IMG/VR virus record: IMGVR_UViG_3300029142_000009 | Span: 1 to 41,771 of that record | Length of the DNA: 41,771 nt | Strand: one strand, 5' to 3' | From: a virus | Lineage: Duplodnaviria > Caudoviricetes | Shown: one piece after another, positions 8,824-17,900 of the stretch | Numbering within the stretch: the first letter of the stretch is position 1 | Layout: each line of letters opens with the position of its first letter | Made by a program: the position numbers and the translations under genes | The notes under the pieces: generated by a model | The model's input: the letters and a program-made list of their open reading frames with translations, nothing else | Database searches by the model: none | What the model was told of the DNA's origin: nothing

Positions 8824-8925
8824 ATGAAGAAGATGTTGTTCAGTATTAAAGAAAAGATAAAAGCTAATAGTACAGATATACTACTATTGGCCATTTTGAT
8901 AGCGGAGTTAATCAATGGCGGATAA
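8824..8925 (+). CDS. possible 33-aa peptide with hydrophobic C-half
   Basis: AAAGGT before ATG; MKKMLFSIKEKIKANSTDILLLAILIAELINGG; overlaps the next start. Confidence 0.35.
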   Translation: MKKMLFSIKEKIKANSTDILLLAILIAELINGG

Positions 8926-9721
8926 CGATCATAAGAGCAAGATAGGATACTTCAATAAAATAGTCGGTGTTCCTGATATGCCATGGGCAAACGCAGTGGC
9001 AATGAATAGAGTTGAAGGATGGAGGCCTTGGAGGAAATTTGGAGCCAACGATGCCGTAGGAAACTCATTTGAAGATATCTGGGCTGCGGGAGGTACATAC
9101 CCTACAGTCACTACTACAGAGACTCTAAGTCTTGTGAGTAGCTCTGCTCAAGACGATGCGGCAGCGGAAGGAACAGGGGCATGGACAGTTAGAGTTGAGG
9201 GACTGGATTCTAGCGGGGACGAGATCTCAGAAGACATAACTATGGACGGGACTGATGCAGTAACCTCATCTTTATCTTATAGCTTCGTTCATAGAGTGTA
9301 TGTACTTACTACAGGAACCAATTTGACTAACGTAGGAAATATAACAGTTACTAACAGCTCTAGTGCACAGACTTTAGCATATGTAGAAGCGGACGCAGGA
9401 ACGACATTGCAGTTAATCTACAAGGTCCCTACAGGATATAAGCTTATTCTGGATAGGATCAATGTAGGAGCACCTAAAGGGGACAATATAGATTTAGAAA
9501 TCAGAGTAAAGCCTAATGGCGGTGCGTGACAAACTATATGGAAAATGGAACTATTTGAAGACGCTGTCATGTTCAATCTGTGTCACGGAATGGTATTTAG
9601 TGAAGGCACTATCTTAAAGGTTCGAGGAGATAAGATCTCAGGAAGTGGGTCCGCGGCAGTAGCAGGTTCTTTAAACGGATTTTTGGTAACAAATGTTCAT
9701 TATTATACAGATACAGAGTAG
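8915..9721 (+). CDS. beta-rich virion-module protein with an internal in-frame TGA at 9527-9529 (readthrough, nonsense allele or error)
   Basis: 204-aa ORF continues in frame for 63 sense codons to TAG 9719-9721. Confidence 0.65.
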
Positions 9722-9840
9722 AAACAGCTACTAAATCGTTCTTTAAATAGGACAAAATTAGCCCACGTAGGGCATTTATTAAACCAAGAGCGGAGCCTAG
9801 GACGTCATCCCAGGTTTGCGGTGTAGAAAGGAGAAATAAA

Positions 9841-11055
9841 ATGGCAAGAGACAATTATACAAGAAGGTGGAAGCCTCAGAGGCTTATCGACCTAAACTTC
9901 TCATCTATTGGAAGTAACTGGCATAAAGCCGGTTGGGAGGTAGCAACAGACGCAGTAGAAGCTGCGGCCGGATCTACTACGGTATTAGTAGTCACAGGAC
10001 ACGCAGTAACAGCTAAAGACTTCGTTATGTTCTCTACAGGAGGCGAAGAAAGCGAACCAAGACACGCAGAATCTGTAGCAGCTTTCACCGTAACTTTAGG
10101 TGATGCACTATCAGGAACTCCCTCAGCAGGGGAAGAATTTTCATATAAAACACCAGATACAGTAGACGCAGCTGAAGCTGCTGGTGGAGATACTACTATT
10201 AATGCCACCGGTCATGGAGTTGCGGCAGGAGACATCGTATATTTCGTAGATGGCGGTGAATCGGCTGAACCTAGAACGGTCGCAAGCGTAAATGCTAATG
10301 ACTTCACTTTAAACGCAGCTTTATCAGGAACTCCTTCAGCAGGGGAAGAATTCGGTTACTGGACACCAGACAGTACAGACGCTGTAGAAGCAGGTACAAC
10401 TGATACTATCATTACAGCTACCGCGCATGCAGCTTCAGAAGGTGATATCTTCGTAATGACTTCAGGTGGAGAGATCAATGAGTTCAGAATCGTAGTTTCT
10501 ACTACAGATGACACATTTACTCTTAACGAAGCCTTATCTGGAACTCCCTCAGCTACTGAAACATTCTGCCTAACTACTCCTACAGGAACAGACGCTGTAG
10601 AAGCTGATGCTAGTTCAAGTGTTCTTTACGCAGAGAGTCATAGTGCTCAAGCAGGTGACATTATCGTAATGACTTCAGGAGACGAGGATGGAGAAGCTCA
10701 AGAAGTTTCATCTGTTACTGATGACTCTATCACGTTGAGTACAGCTTTAACTGGAGCTCCTTCAGCGGCTGAAACATTTACAATCCTTAGACCCGTAGTT
10801 CTTAACAAAGCACTAATCATACAGCTAGATAGCTCACTCGATCAGAAGGTACTACTAGCGGAAGGACAAACTGCTCCTTCAAACGCTCAGTTCTCTATCA
10901 GATCAAACGCCGATAAGAGCTTTGACTTAAAGAGCAACAACCTACATGCCGGAGCCAACAACGCTTTCGACGCTACGGATGAATACTACATCTGGGTAAA
11001 GGTTGACAGTTCCGCGCCAACATCAGGTGAACTAGACATAACTATAATCGAATAA
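9841..11055 (+). CDS. virion protein with four tandem ~70-aa beta repeats
   Basis: repeated DAVEA...H...GD..F/M..GGE..E.R.V.SV....FTL..ALSGTPSAGEEF units; AAGGAG RBS. Confidence 0.75.
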   Translation: MARDNYTRRWKPQRLIDLNFSSIGSNWHKAGWEVATDAVEAAAGSTTVLVVTGHAVTAKDFVMFSTGGEESEPRHAESVAAFTVTLGDALSGTPSAGEEFSYKTPDTVDAAEAAGGDTTINATGHGVAAGDIVYFVDGGESAEPRTVASVNANDFTLNAALSGTPSAGEEFGYWTPDSTDAVEAGTTDTIITATAHAASEGDIFVMTSGGEINEFRIVVSTTDDTFTLNEALSGTPSATETFCLTTPTGTDAVEADASSSVLYAESHSAQAGDIIVMTSGDEDGEAQEVSSVTDDSITLSTALTGAPSAAETFTILRPVVLNKALIIQLDSSLDQKVLLAEGQTAPSNAQFSIRSNADKSFDLKSNNLHAGANNAFDATDEYYIWVKVDSSAPTSGELDITIIE

Positions 11056-11065
11056 GGAGAGTAAC

Positions 11066-12265
11066 ATGCCAAGTACAACAACCACAGAGAGTCACAGTCT
11101 GACTTATCCTGCGGAAGGAGCCACTGGCTGGTACGCCACCTGGGAAGCTTTGATGCAGCAGATTACGGACTATCTCGATGACATCAACGATATCCGTATT
11201 GCTACAATTAAAGATAACAACGGTAATGAGGCGGTAGTTATTAATACTACTGCTTCAGCGGTTAACCATTTAGGCGTTACTAACGCAGCTACAGGTAATA
11301 ACCCTATGTTAGCTTCGGAAGGTAGCGACTCTAACGTAGGTCTTATTTTAGGTGACTCCAACGGCAATGAGGTGATCGTAGCCGAATCTACTGCTTCCGC
11401 GGTAAATGAAGTTACGATAACAAACGCTGCTACAGCTAATGATCCTAAGATTGAAGCTACTGGAGGAGATACTAATATCAACCTTCAACTTCAAGGTAAA
11501 GGAACAGGGGTCCTAAAGACAGATAACGATCAAGACGCAGACATGTCAGTAATTCTACAGAACGATAGCTCTGGTACTTCAGCGCGTATTGGTGTTTCTA
11601 TGAATAACGACGTAGCTAGTTCTGAAGCAGGAATAAAACTAGGCAGCTCAGCTGATAGCGACTCAGACTTTCAAGATACCCTAGTAGTATTTTCTAATGC
11701 TCAGCTAGACGGTGGAGTAAGAGTCAAAACATCTCACTCTACAGCTAATATTACATTAGAGACTAACGGTGGAGATGCTGTAGTAGTTGACCAAGATGGC
11801 CACGTTACTATGCCACGTACGTCAGCTTTTCAGGTACACCCTTCAGCTGATATCACTGACGTAACAGGTAATGGTACCTCATATGATGTAGTTTTTGACA
11901 CAGAAACATTTGACCAGAACGCAGACTTCAACTCTAGCACTGGAGTATTCACTGCTCCTGTAACAGGAAGATATCTCTTTTCCTGGAACATGGCTTTTGA
12001 AGACGTTAATGCTACCACTAGAGGAACTGCGAGAATTGTGACATCTAACCGTAACTATCAGATCATAGACTTCAATAACTCTACAGCTCAGATAGATATC
12101 GGTTCTTCCGAGCTAGTGGTATTCTCAGGGTCGATGCTTGTAGATATGGACGCGGCAGACACCGCTAAGATTAATATAAACTTTAATGGAGAAGGTTCAG
12201 ACATTATCGATGTTAGTTTCGATAGTAGCGCCTTCAGTTATTGGGGCGGATATTTAGCCTGTTAA
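11066..12265 (+). CDS. tail fibre/receptor-binding protein with C-terminal C1q-like domain
   Basis: N-terminal LTYPAEGATGW anchor-like motif; two ~45-aa NGNE..TASAVN..TNAAT repeats; VVFDTE..FNSSTGVFTAPVTGRYLF C1q signature. Confidence 0.8.
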   Translation: MPSTTTTESHSLTYPAEGATGWYATWEALMQQITDYLDDINDIRIATIKDNNGNEAVVINTTASAVNHLGVTNAATGNNPMLASEGSDSNVGLILGDSNGNEVIVAESTASAVNEVTITNAATANDPKIEATGGDTNINLQLQGKGTGVLKTDNDQDADMSVILQNDSSGTSARIGVSMNNDVASSEAGIKLGSSADSDSDFQDTLVVFSNAQLDGGVRVKTSHSTANITLETNGGDAVVVDQDGHVTMPRTSAFQVHPSADITDVTGNGTSYDVVFDTETFDQNADFNSSTGVFTAPVTGRYLFSWNMAFEDVNATTRGTARIVTSNRNYQIIDFNNSTAQIDIGSSELVVFSGSMLVDMDAADTAKININFNGEGSDIIDVSFDSSAFSYWGGYLAC

Positions 12266-12297
12266 ATTAAACAAATTTCATTTTAAGGAGTATAAAG

Positions 12298-12585
12298 ATG
12301 AAAGTAACAGAAAAAGACAAGAAAGCTTTGAAGAAAGTATTGGATGCAATTCTTTCCGAAGAAGACAAGCTTTGCCTTGATAATGACCTTCTCTGTTCAT
12401 GTGAATGGTTACTTGAGGCACTTAGAGGAAAAGTAAACAATTGTAAGAAGCGACTCATTAGTCCTTTCAAATCCCCTCTTCTAAAACTATCTGATGAAGA
12501 AATTGTTAGAGAGGTTGTAGCTCAGCCTGGATACAAGAACAGAAAGAAGAGAGAAGAGGAAAGCAAAGTTAAGAAGGAGGCTTAA
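12298..12585 (+). CDS. small basic protein between the fibre genes (possible chaperone)
   Basis: AAGGAG RBS; position in the operon. Confidence 0.55.
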   Translation: MKVTEKDKKALKKVLDAILSEEDKLCLDNDLLCSCEWLLEALRGKVNNCKKRLISPFKSPLLKLSDEEIVREVVAQPGYKNRKKREEESKVKKEA

Positions 12586-12587
12586 AG

Positions 12588-13481
12588 ATGAGCGACAGCA
12601 GTAAGAAATTGCCCGCTGACGGTACCGTTGATTCAGGAATGATTACAGACGGCACTATTGTAAATGCGGACGTCAATGCTTCTGCGGCCATTGCCCACTC
12701 TAAGTTAGCGGATGTTAGTGCTACGGACAGACTGTTGGGAAGATCAACAGCTGGAGCAGGCGCTATCGAGGAAATTACCTGTACTTCTGCTGGTAGAGCA
12801 CTATTGGACGATGCTACAGCAGGAGATCAAAGAACTACGCTAGGTCTAGGTACTATCGCTACTCAGGCCGCTAACTCTGTAGATATAGACGGAGGAGCTA
12901 TCGATGCAGTTACTATCGGTACCAACTCTGCTTGTACAGAACTTGTAGTGGATAACCTCAATCTCAACGGAGCTACTATTGGTTACGGAGCTACCGCAGC
13001 GGTTACTATAGATTCTTCCGGAGCAGTCAATTTGCCTGCGCAGCCTTCAGTGGTTGCTAGAAATTCTACTAGAAGAACAGACGTTACTGGTGATGGTACT
13101 TCATACGATTGTATTTTCGATACAGAGATAAAGGACGTTAATGGAGACTGGGACGGAACTTCAACGTTTACGGCCCCTGTTACAGGTACTTACTTAATTA
13201 CATGTAATATTGCATGTGAAGACGTAACTACTAGTCACAGTAGAAACAGCATTGATATTATAACAAGTAACAGAACGTACAGACTGTGTGATATGAACAA
13301 CACTGCTAATATAGATATTGGAGGCTCAGAGCTTATGGTCTGGCCAGGATCAGCTATAGTAGACATGGATGCTTCAGACACTGCTAAGATTACAATCAAT
13401 TTTAGTGGAAGTTCTAAAGTAGTTGACCTATCAGCGGACAGTAACATTTTCACCTATATTGGTGTACAACTATTAAGTTAA
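12588..13481 (+). CDS. second fibre/receptor-binding protein with C1q-like domain
   Basis: ADGTVDSGMITDGTIVNADV and GRALLDDA..QRTTLGLGTIATQ fibre motifs; FTAPVTGTYL C1q signature. Confidence 0.8.
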   Translation: MSDSSKKLPADGTVDSGMITDGTIVNADVNASAAIAHSKLADVSATDRLLGRSTAGAGAIEEITCTSAGRALLDDATAGDQRTTLGLGTIATQAANSVDIDGGAIDAVTIGTNSACTELVVDNLNLNGATIGYGATAAVTIDSSGAVNLPAQPSVVARNSTRRTDVTGDGTSYDCIFDTEIKDVNGDWDGTSTFTAPVTGTYLITCNIACEDVTTSHSRNSIDIITSNRTYRLCDMNNTANIDIGGSELMVWPGSAIVDMDASDTAKITINFSGSSKVVDLSADSNIFTYIGVQLLS

Positions 13482-13494
13482 GAGGAGATTAAAG

Positions 13495-14040
13495 ATGGTA
13501 TTCGATCCATTTACAATGGCAATCATAGGCTCGGCATTAGGCGCGGGTATCGGAGCTTCTAAAGGCGGCGGTAAAGGAGCCCTGAAGGGAGCCCTTATCG
13601 GTGGAACTCTTGGCTTTGGCGGAGGTTCACTACTAGGAGCAGGAGCAGCTGGAGGAGCAGGTGCCGCGGGTGGCGCAGGTTCGGCTGTAGCAGCTAAAGG
13701 TGCAGAAGCAGGAGCAACCGCAGCAGCAGCTGAGGGAGCTAAGGCTGGAGGTATGTCCTTCGGTCAACAACTAGGTCTTGGTGCTTTACAAGGAGGACTT
13801 GGAGTTCTTCAGGGGCAGCAGCAAGCTAAAGCTCAGTCTAAAGCTCTAGACGCTCAACTACAAGCTCAACATCAAGCTCAATTATTAAGCACTGCTAGTC
13901 AAAGGCTACAGACAGCTGACCAGATTAGAGCGAATGCAGAGAGAGCGAGAATTGACGCAGAAGAAGAAGCTGCACGTAGACAACAAGAAGCGTTAGGCGG
14001 TATCGTAAGCGGATTTAGACAATCAATACTAGGGAGATAA
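13495..14040 (+). CDS. Gly/Ala-rich internal virion (ejection/pilot-like) protein
   Basis: DPFTMAIIG start, glycine-zipper-like segments, Gln-rich coiled coil. Confidence 0.6.
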   Translation: MVFDPFTMAIIGSALGAGIGASKGGGKGALKGALIGGTLGFGGGSLLGAGAAGGAGAAGGAGSAVAAKGAEAGATAAAAEGAKAGGMSFGQQLGLGALQGGLGVLQGQQQAKAQSKALDAQLQAQHQAQLLSTASQRLQTADQIRANAERARIDAEEEAARRQQEALGGIVSGFRQSILGR

Positions 14041-14043
14041 GAC

Positions 14044-14991
14044 ATGGCTAGAGCGGACAAATTAGCGGAGCGCATTCGTCGACTCACGCATTCACAGTCA
14101 TACACAGACTCTGCTACTTCTACAGCTCAGCGTGGTCTTCAGACTCAAACTATTGTAGATCTGATGAACGAGGCTCATGAGATGATTCATGGGATCCTAT
14201 TTGATAACGGAACTCAAACCTATGTCAAGCAGGCATTACTGAACGTTACAGCGGACACGGAGTCTGTTACTATTTCTTCAGATGCTTTTTTAGGAGTTAA
14301 TGTTCTGAACGTAGAATATAAGTACGGATCAGGAGATGACGACTATTACAAGCTAAAGAAGATGAGCGAGCATGAGAGGGACACGAGAAGCAGTGGAGAT
14401 CCTATTGGATACATTCAGAGAGAGAACACTATTCTCCTGCATCCTATCCCGTCTCAAGCAGTTACTAGCGGACTTCGTGTTACCTATGAATATCAGCTAC
14501 CAACTGTAGACGTAAGAAGAGGAAAGATTTCAGCAGTAGACGATGGCGACAACCCAACGAGCATTACTATAGCAGCGAACGATTTGGCTACAGCAGCCAT
14601 GTCAGATTCTGACTTAGTCGGTACATATATTACCGTAGTAGATAAAGACGGTAGTCAGCAGATGAAGAGTATTCCTATCACGGCTTACGACACTTCTACA
14701 GGAGTTATTACTCTAGGATCTTTTACTCCAAGTTCCGGAGAAGCTGTAGCAGTGAACGATTACGTGGTTATGGGAGAAAACGCGAGTACCCATTCACCTT
14801 TCCCTAGAGCATGCGAACCTTTCATTGTAGAATATGTAAAGAGAAACATATACGAATTAAACGCAGATCCTATGCTAGCCGCATCAGACAGAAAGCTTAT
14901 CCAACTACAATTTAGAATGGAGTCAATGTTCGCCGAGTGGAGTTCTGATATAAAGAACATCGCAGAATTAGATGATGAACGAGTAATTTAA
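14044..14991 (+). CDS. head-tail adaptor (tail tubular A-like)
   Basis: IVDLMNEAH and GDPIGY..ILLHPIPS motifs; position before the nozzle. Confidence 0.7.
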   Translation: MARADKLAERIRRLTHSQSYTDSATSTAQRGLQTQTIVDLMNEAHEMIHGILFDNGTQTYVKQALLNVTADTESVTISSDAFLGVNVLNVEYKYGSGDDDYYKLKKMSEHERDTRSSGDPIGYIQRENTILLHPIPSQAVTSGLRVTYEYQLPTVDVRRGKISAVDDGDNPTSITIAANDLATAAMSDSDLVGTYITVVDKDGSQQMKSIPITAYDTSTGVITLGSFTPSSGEAVAVNDYVVMGENASTHSPFPRACEPFIVEYVKRNIYELNADPMLAASDRKLIQLQFRMESMFAEWSSDIKNIAELDDERVI

Positions 14992-15006
14992 TAGGAGTTA
15001 AACATA

Positions 15007-17598
15007 ATGGCAAATGGATATCAAATACCAATCGTTTATGCTCCTGGAGGAATCGACCTCAGATTACCTGAGACGTTAAAGAATCTACAGAACGCAAGAG
15101 ACGGTCTTAATTGGAGGTTAACGCCTTCATTAGATCTTGTTAAGCGAGAAGGTTTCCAGCTCAGATCAACAAGCGATGTCGGATATGGACTAGCTGTATA
15201 TGAAAAGAGAACAGAGACTGCGGCCGTCGGTGTAGACGGCTTCGGTGATTTTATCTTTGGTGTCGATCCTTTCGGTTCGCCTACTACTCTAGGTTTTGGA
15301 GATATATCTTTCGATCTGGTAGGATTAGACGATGTACCTAAAGTATGGACTACTTTCAATTTCGGTATCACTTACAGCGGAGCTAACGAAGCGTCTGTAA
15401 CTATCTCAGCGAGCTCAACCTCAGATGTTACTTTAACCTTGGTAGATAATGGAGCTACAGTACTGACCGCCAACTTAGGGACAGGAACTGGAGGAGGAGA
15501 CACAGACTTAGACGCACTCAAGGTTCTAGTCGACGCAGTATCTAACTTCAGCGCTACAGTAGCTACAGGATCGGGTTCAGTACCTGCTGCATTCTTAGAT
15601 TATCAAAACGCTACGGCTTTTACAGCTAGCGTGGAACTAGAGATAGGGGGCGGTTACTGGGCATCTATTAACTCACCCTTAACAACTCCTTTACCTAGGA
15701 TTGCTGAACGTATCTCATTGGCAGACTTTGAGAACCCTGATACAGTATCTATCAATGGTGTCCTCTATATCGTTAACGGCTATGACAGCATGATGAAATA
15801 TGATGGACAAAATCTGTATAAAGCAGGAATGAAGCAGGGAGCAGACCCAACCGGAGCAGTAGATACAGGGACCGGCGTAGGTGCAGCATTTGATGGTGTT
15901 TGGAACTATAGAGTAACATATGAGCAAACAGATGCTATATCCAACGTGATACAAGGACAAATTTCTAGCGACAGCGCAGATATTGATAATTCGGCGGGGC
16001 CTTATGCTATAGACGTTACCGTAACTAATATAACATCTACAGAAGGATTCAATACAAATGCAGGACTTGCTACTAGCACTCATACTTCTACTAACGTGGC
16101 TACTGGCCAGGAAAGAATCAATCTTGACGATTCTGCCGGAGGTGCCCACACCCTTAAAGTTGGAGATAAGGCGTATTTCTATGACACTCAAACTTCGGCT
16201 TACGTCACTAAGGAAGTTCTTGCAGTCACTTCTAGTACAGCTACCTTATCATCTACCACTACTGTCGGGCTTACTGATAATTCTCCTGTTAGTAATCAGC
16301 TAAAGGTTAAAATATGGAGAGCGGAAGTTGTAGGTGGCGTAGATCCAGTATTAACAGATTATCAACTAGTAGTGTCGCTGCCCAACGACCCTTTCAACTC
16401 TACTCAAGCATATAAGGACGAAGTTCTTCCAGCTAACTTAGGAGCAGAGTATGTAGATTTCAATAAGACTGAAGGGCTACCTCCCAACAATAAATACGCC
16501 GTACAGTGGAGAAATCAAATGGTGCTAGCCGGAGATCCTGCTAATCCTACTAAGATTTACTATTCCGAGTTTGCCGACTCTACTAGCCCTGAAAACTTCC
16601 CGGCAGTAAACGTTAAGGAAGTTCCTCAAGGAGGTGGGGGTAGAGTTACAGGACTTGGAGTCCTTGACCGTAACCTATTCATCTTTAACGAAGATAGAGT
16701 ATGGATCGCTGAAGGTAACTTGGCAGACGACTTCTTACGTATAGATAGTCTAGCTGACAACATCGGTTGTGTGGCACATCATACTATCGCTACTATTGAT
16801 AACAGCATCTACTTCCTTAGTAATAAGGGTGTGGCCCGTATCACGCGTTCAGGATCTACTTATAAGGTAGAGAATGTATCTCGACCAATCGATCCCGTAT
16901 TTAAACTCGGAGCGAATAATGATTTTAGATCATCTTTTAGAAGAGCGGTCGCTACATCATGGATAGCAGAGAATAAGTATGTTCTCCATGTTCCGTCCGA
17001 AACGACAGCTGGCGGATTCACTTATGCAGACAGTGACAGCAGAATCTACGTGTTTGATATTGAGAGAAACGCATGGCTAGTATGGAGCAATATGAACTGT
17101 CATGGCGGACTTGTAGAATGGGATGACGGTAACAGCGGAGACGTATTATGGTTCCACTCTAGAGAAGCCGCTGGATCTCACCTATTACACAGAACTAACC
17201 TTACTAAGTCTGAGATTGACTATGTAGACCACAGCTCCACAATTGCAGGAGTTGCATGGGAATACTGGCCGCAATGGGATTTCTTAAGATCTCCTAAAGA
17301 TAGGAAGATTTACACAGAGCTCAGCATTGACTCATTTGTTAAAGACTCAGATTTAGCGTACACTCCTTCCGGAGATATTACTGTTGGCGTGTACCACGAT
17401 TTTAATAAGAGTACTGAATTGTACAACTTTACATCCTCTTTACTTAGCGATGATAGGTCCATAACCGAAGCTCTATCCCATCAGATAGTACGCTCTATAG
17501 GACTTAAGTTTAGCAATAGTACCCTCAATAAACAAGTACTAATATCCGGCTGGGCCTTGGAGTCTAGAAAGCTCGGAATGGGATTAAGGAGGCCATAA
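15007..17598 (+). CDS. tail nozzle/stabilisation protein (tail tubular B / P22 gp10-like beta-propeller)
   Basis: GGIDL start, LVKREG, IYYSE, IGCVAHHTI, IYFLSNKGV, SRPID motifs; 863 aa. Confidence 0.8.
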   Translation: MANGYQIPIVYAPGGIDLRLPETLKNLQNARDGLNWRLTPSLDLVKREGFQLRSTSDVGYGLAVYEKRTETAAVGVDGFGDFIFGVDPFGSPTTLGFGDISFDLVGLDDVPKVWTTFNFGITYSGANEASVTISASSTSDVTLTLVDNGATVLTANLGTGTGGGDTDLDALKVLVDAVSNFSATVATGSGSVPAAFLDYQNATAFTASVELEIGGGYWASINSPLTTPLPRIAERISLADFENPDTVSINGVLYIVNGYDSMMKYDGQNLYKAGMKQGADPTGAVDTGTGVGAAFDGVWNYRVTYEQTDAISNVIQGQISSDSADIDNSAGPYAIDVTVTNITSTEGFNTNAGLATSTHTSTNVATGQERINLDDSAGGAHTLKVGDKAYFYDTQTSAYVTKEVLAVTSSTATLSSTTTVGLTDNSPVSNQLKVKIWRAEVVGGVDPVLTDYQLVVSLPNDPFNSTQAYKDEVLPANLGAEYVDFNKTEGLPPNNKYAVQWRNQMVLAGDPANPTKIYYSEFADSTSPENFPAVNVKEVPQGGGGRVTGLGVLDRNLFIFNEDRVWIAEGNLADDFLRIDSLADNIGCVAHHTIATIDNSIYFLSNKGVARITRSGSTYKVENVSRPIDPVFKLGANNDFRSSFRRAVATSWIAENKYVLHVPSETTAGGFTYADSDSRIYVFDIERNAWLVWSNMNCHGGLVEWDDGNSGDVLWFHSREAAGSHLLHRTNLTKSEIDYVDHSSTIAGVAWEYWPQWDFLRSPKDRKIYTELSIDSFVKDSDLAYTPSGDITVGVYHDFNKSTELYNFTSSLLSDDRSITEALSHQIVRSIGLKFSNSTLNKQVLISGWALESRKLGMGLRRP

Positions 17599-17601
17599 AC
17601 G

Positions 17602-17898
17602 ATGAAATTCTCCTATAATTTCGATGAAAGAGAGTTTTCTTACGGTATTACGCGTTTAACTTTTAGCGACAATTTCGAGTCGTATATAGCAGAAGACGTA
17701 GTTATTGCAGCCGGAGCAGAGAAACAAATTACTTACCAACTCCCTGATGGAAAGGTAGCTAAGTACTACATGTCACTCGGCCAGACTGGAAACGGTCTAG
17801 TAACCAAGGGAGTTACAGATTGGACGGCCAAGCACATCTATTTGAAGAATAATGGGGCCGAGTCCGTGACAATAACTATTTTAATTCTAGGAGCATAA
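17602..17898 (+). CDS. small tail-module hypothetical protein
   Basis: AAGGAGG RBS; operon position. Confidence 0.65.
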   Translation: MKFSYNFDEREFSYGITRLTFSDNFESYIAEDVVIAAGAEKQITYQLPDGKVAKYYMSLGQTGNGLVTKGVTDWTAKHIYLKNNGAESVTITILILGA

Positions 17899-17900
17899 GA

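Noticed and set aside
9527-9529. Genome-wide TGA recoding or selenocysteine
   Set aside because: TGA terminates many genes in normal ATGA overlaps (e.g. 24904, 31625, 37977); no other long gene is interrupted; no suppressor tRNA or canonical SECIS was seen
9945-10795. CRISPR-like or non-coding repeat array
   Set aside because: The repeats are degenerate, in frame and encode protein modules
11800-13481. Diversity-generating retroelement TR/VR pair
   Set aside because: No reverse transcriptase ORF; differences between the two C1q-like regions are not adenine-specific, and both copies are coding
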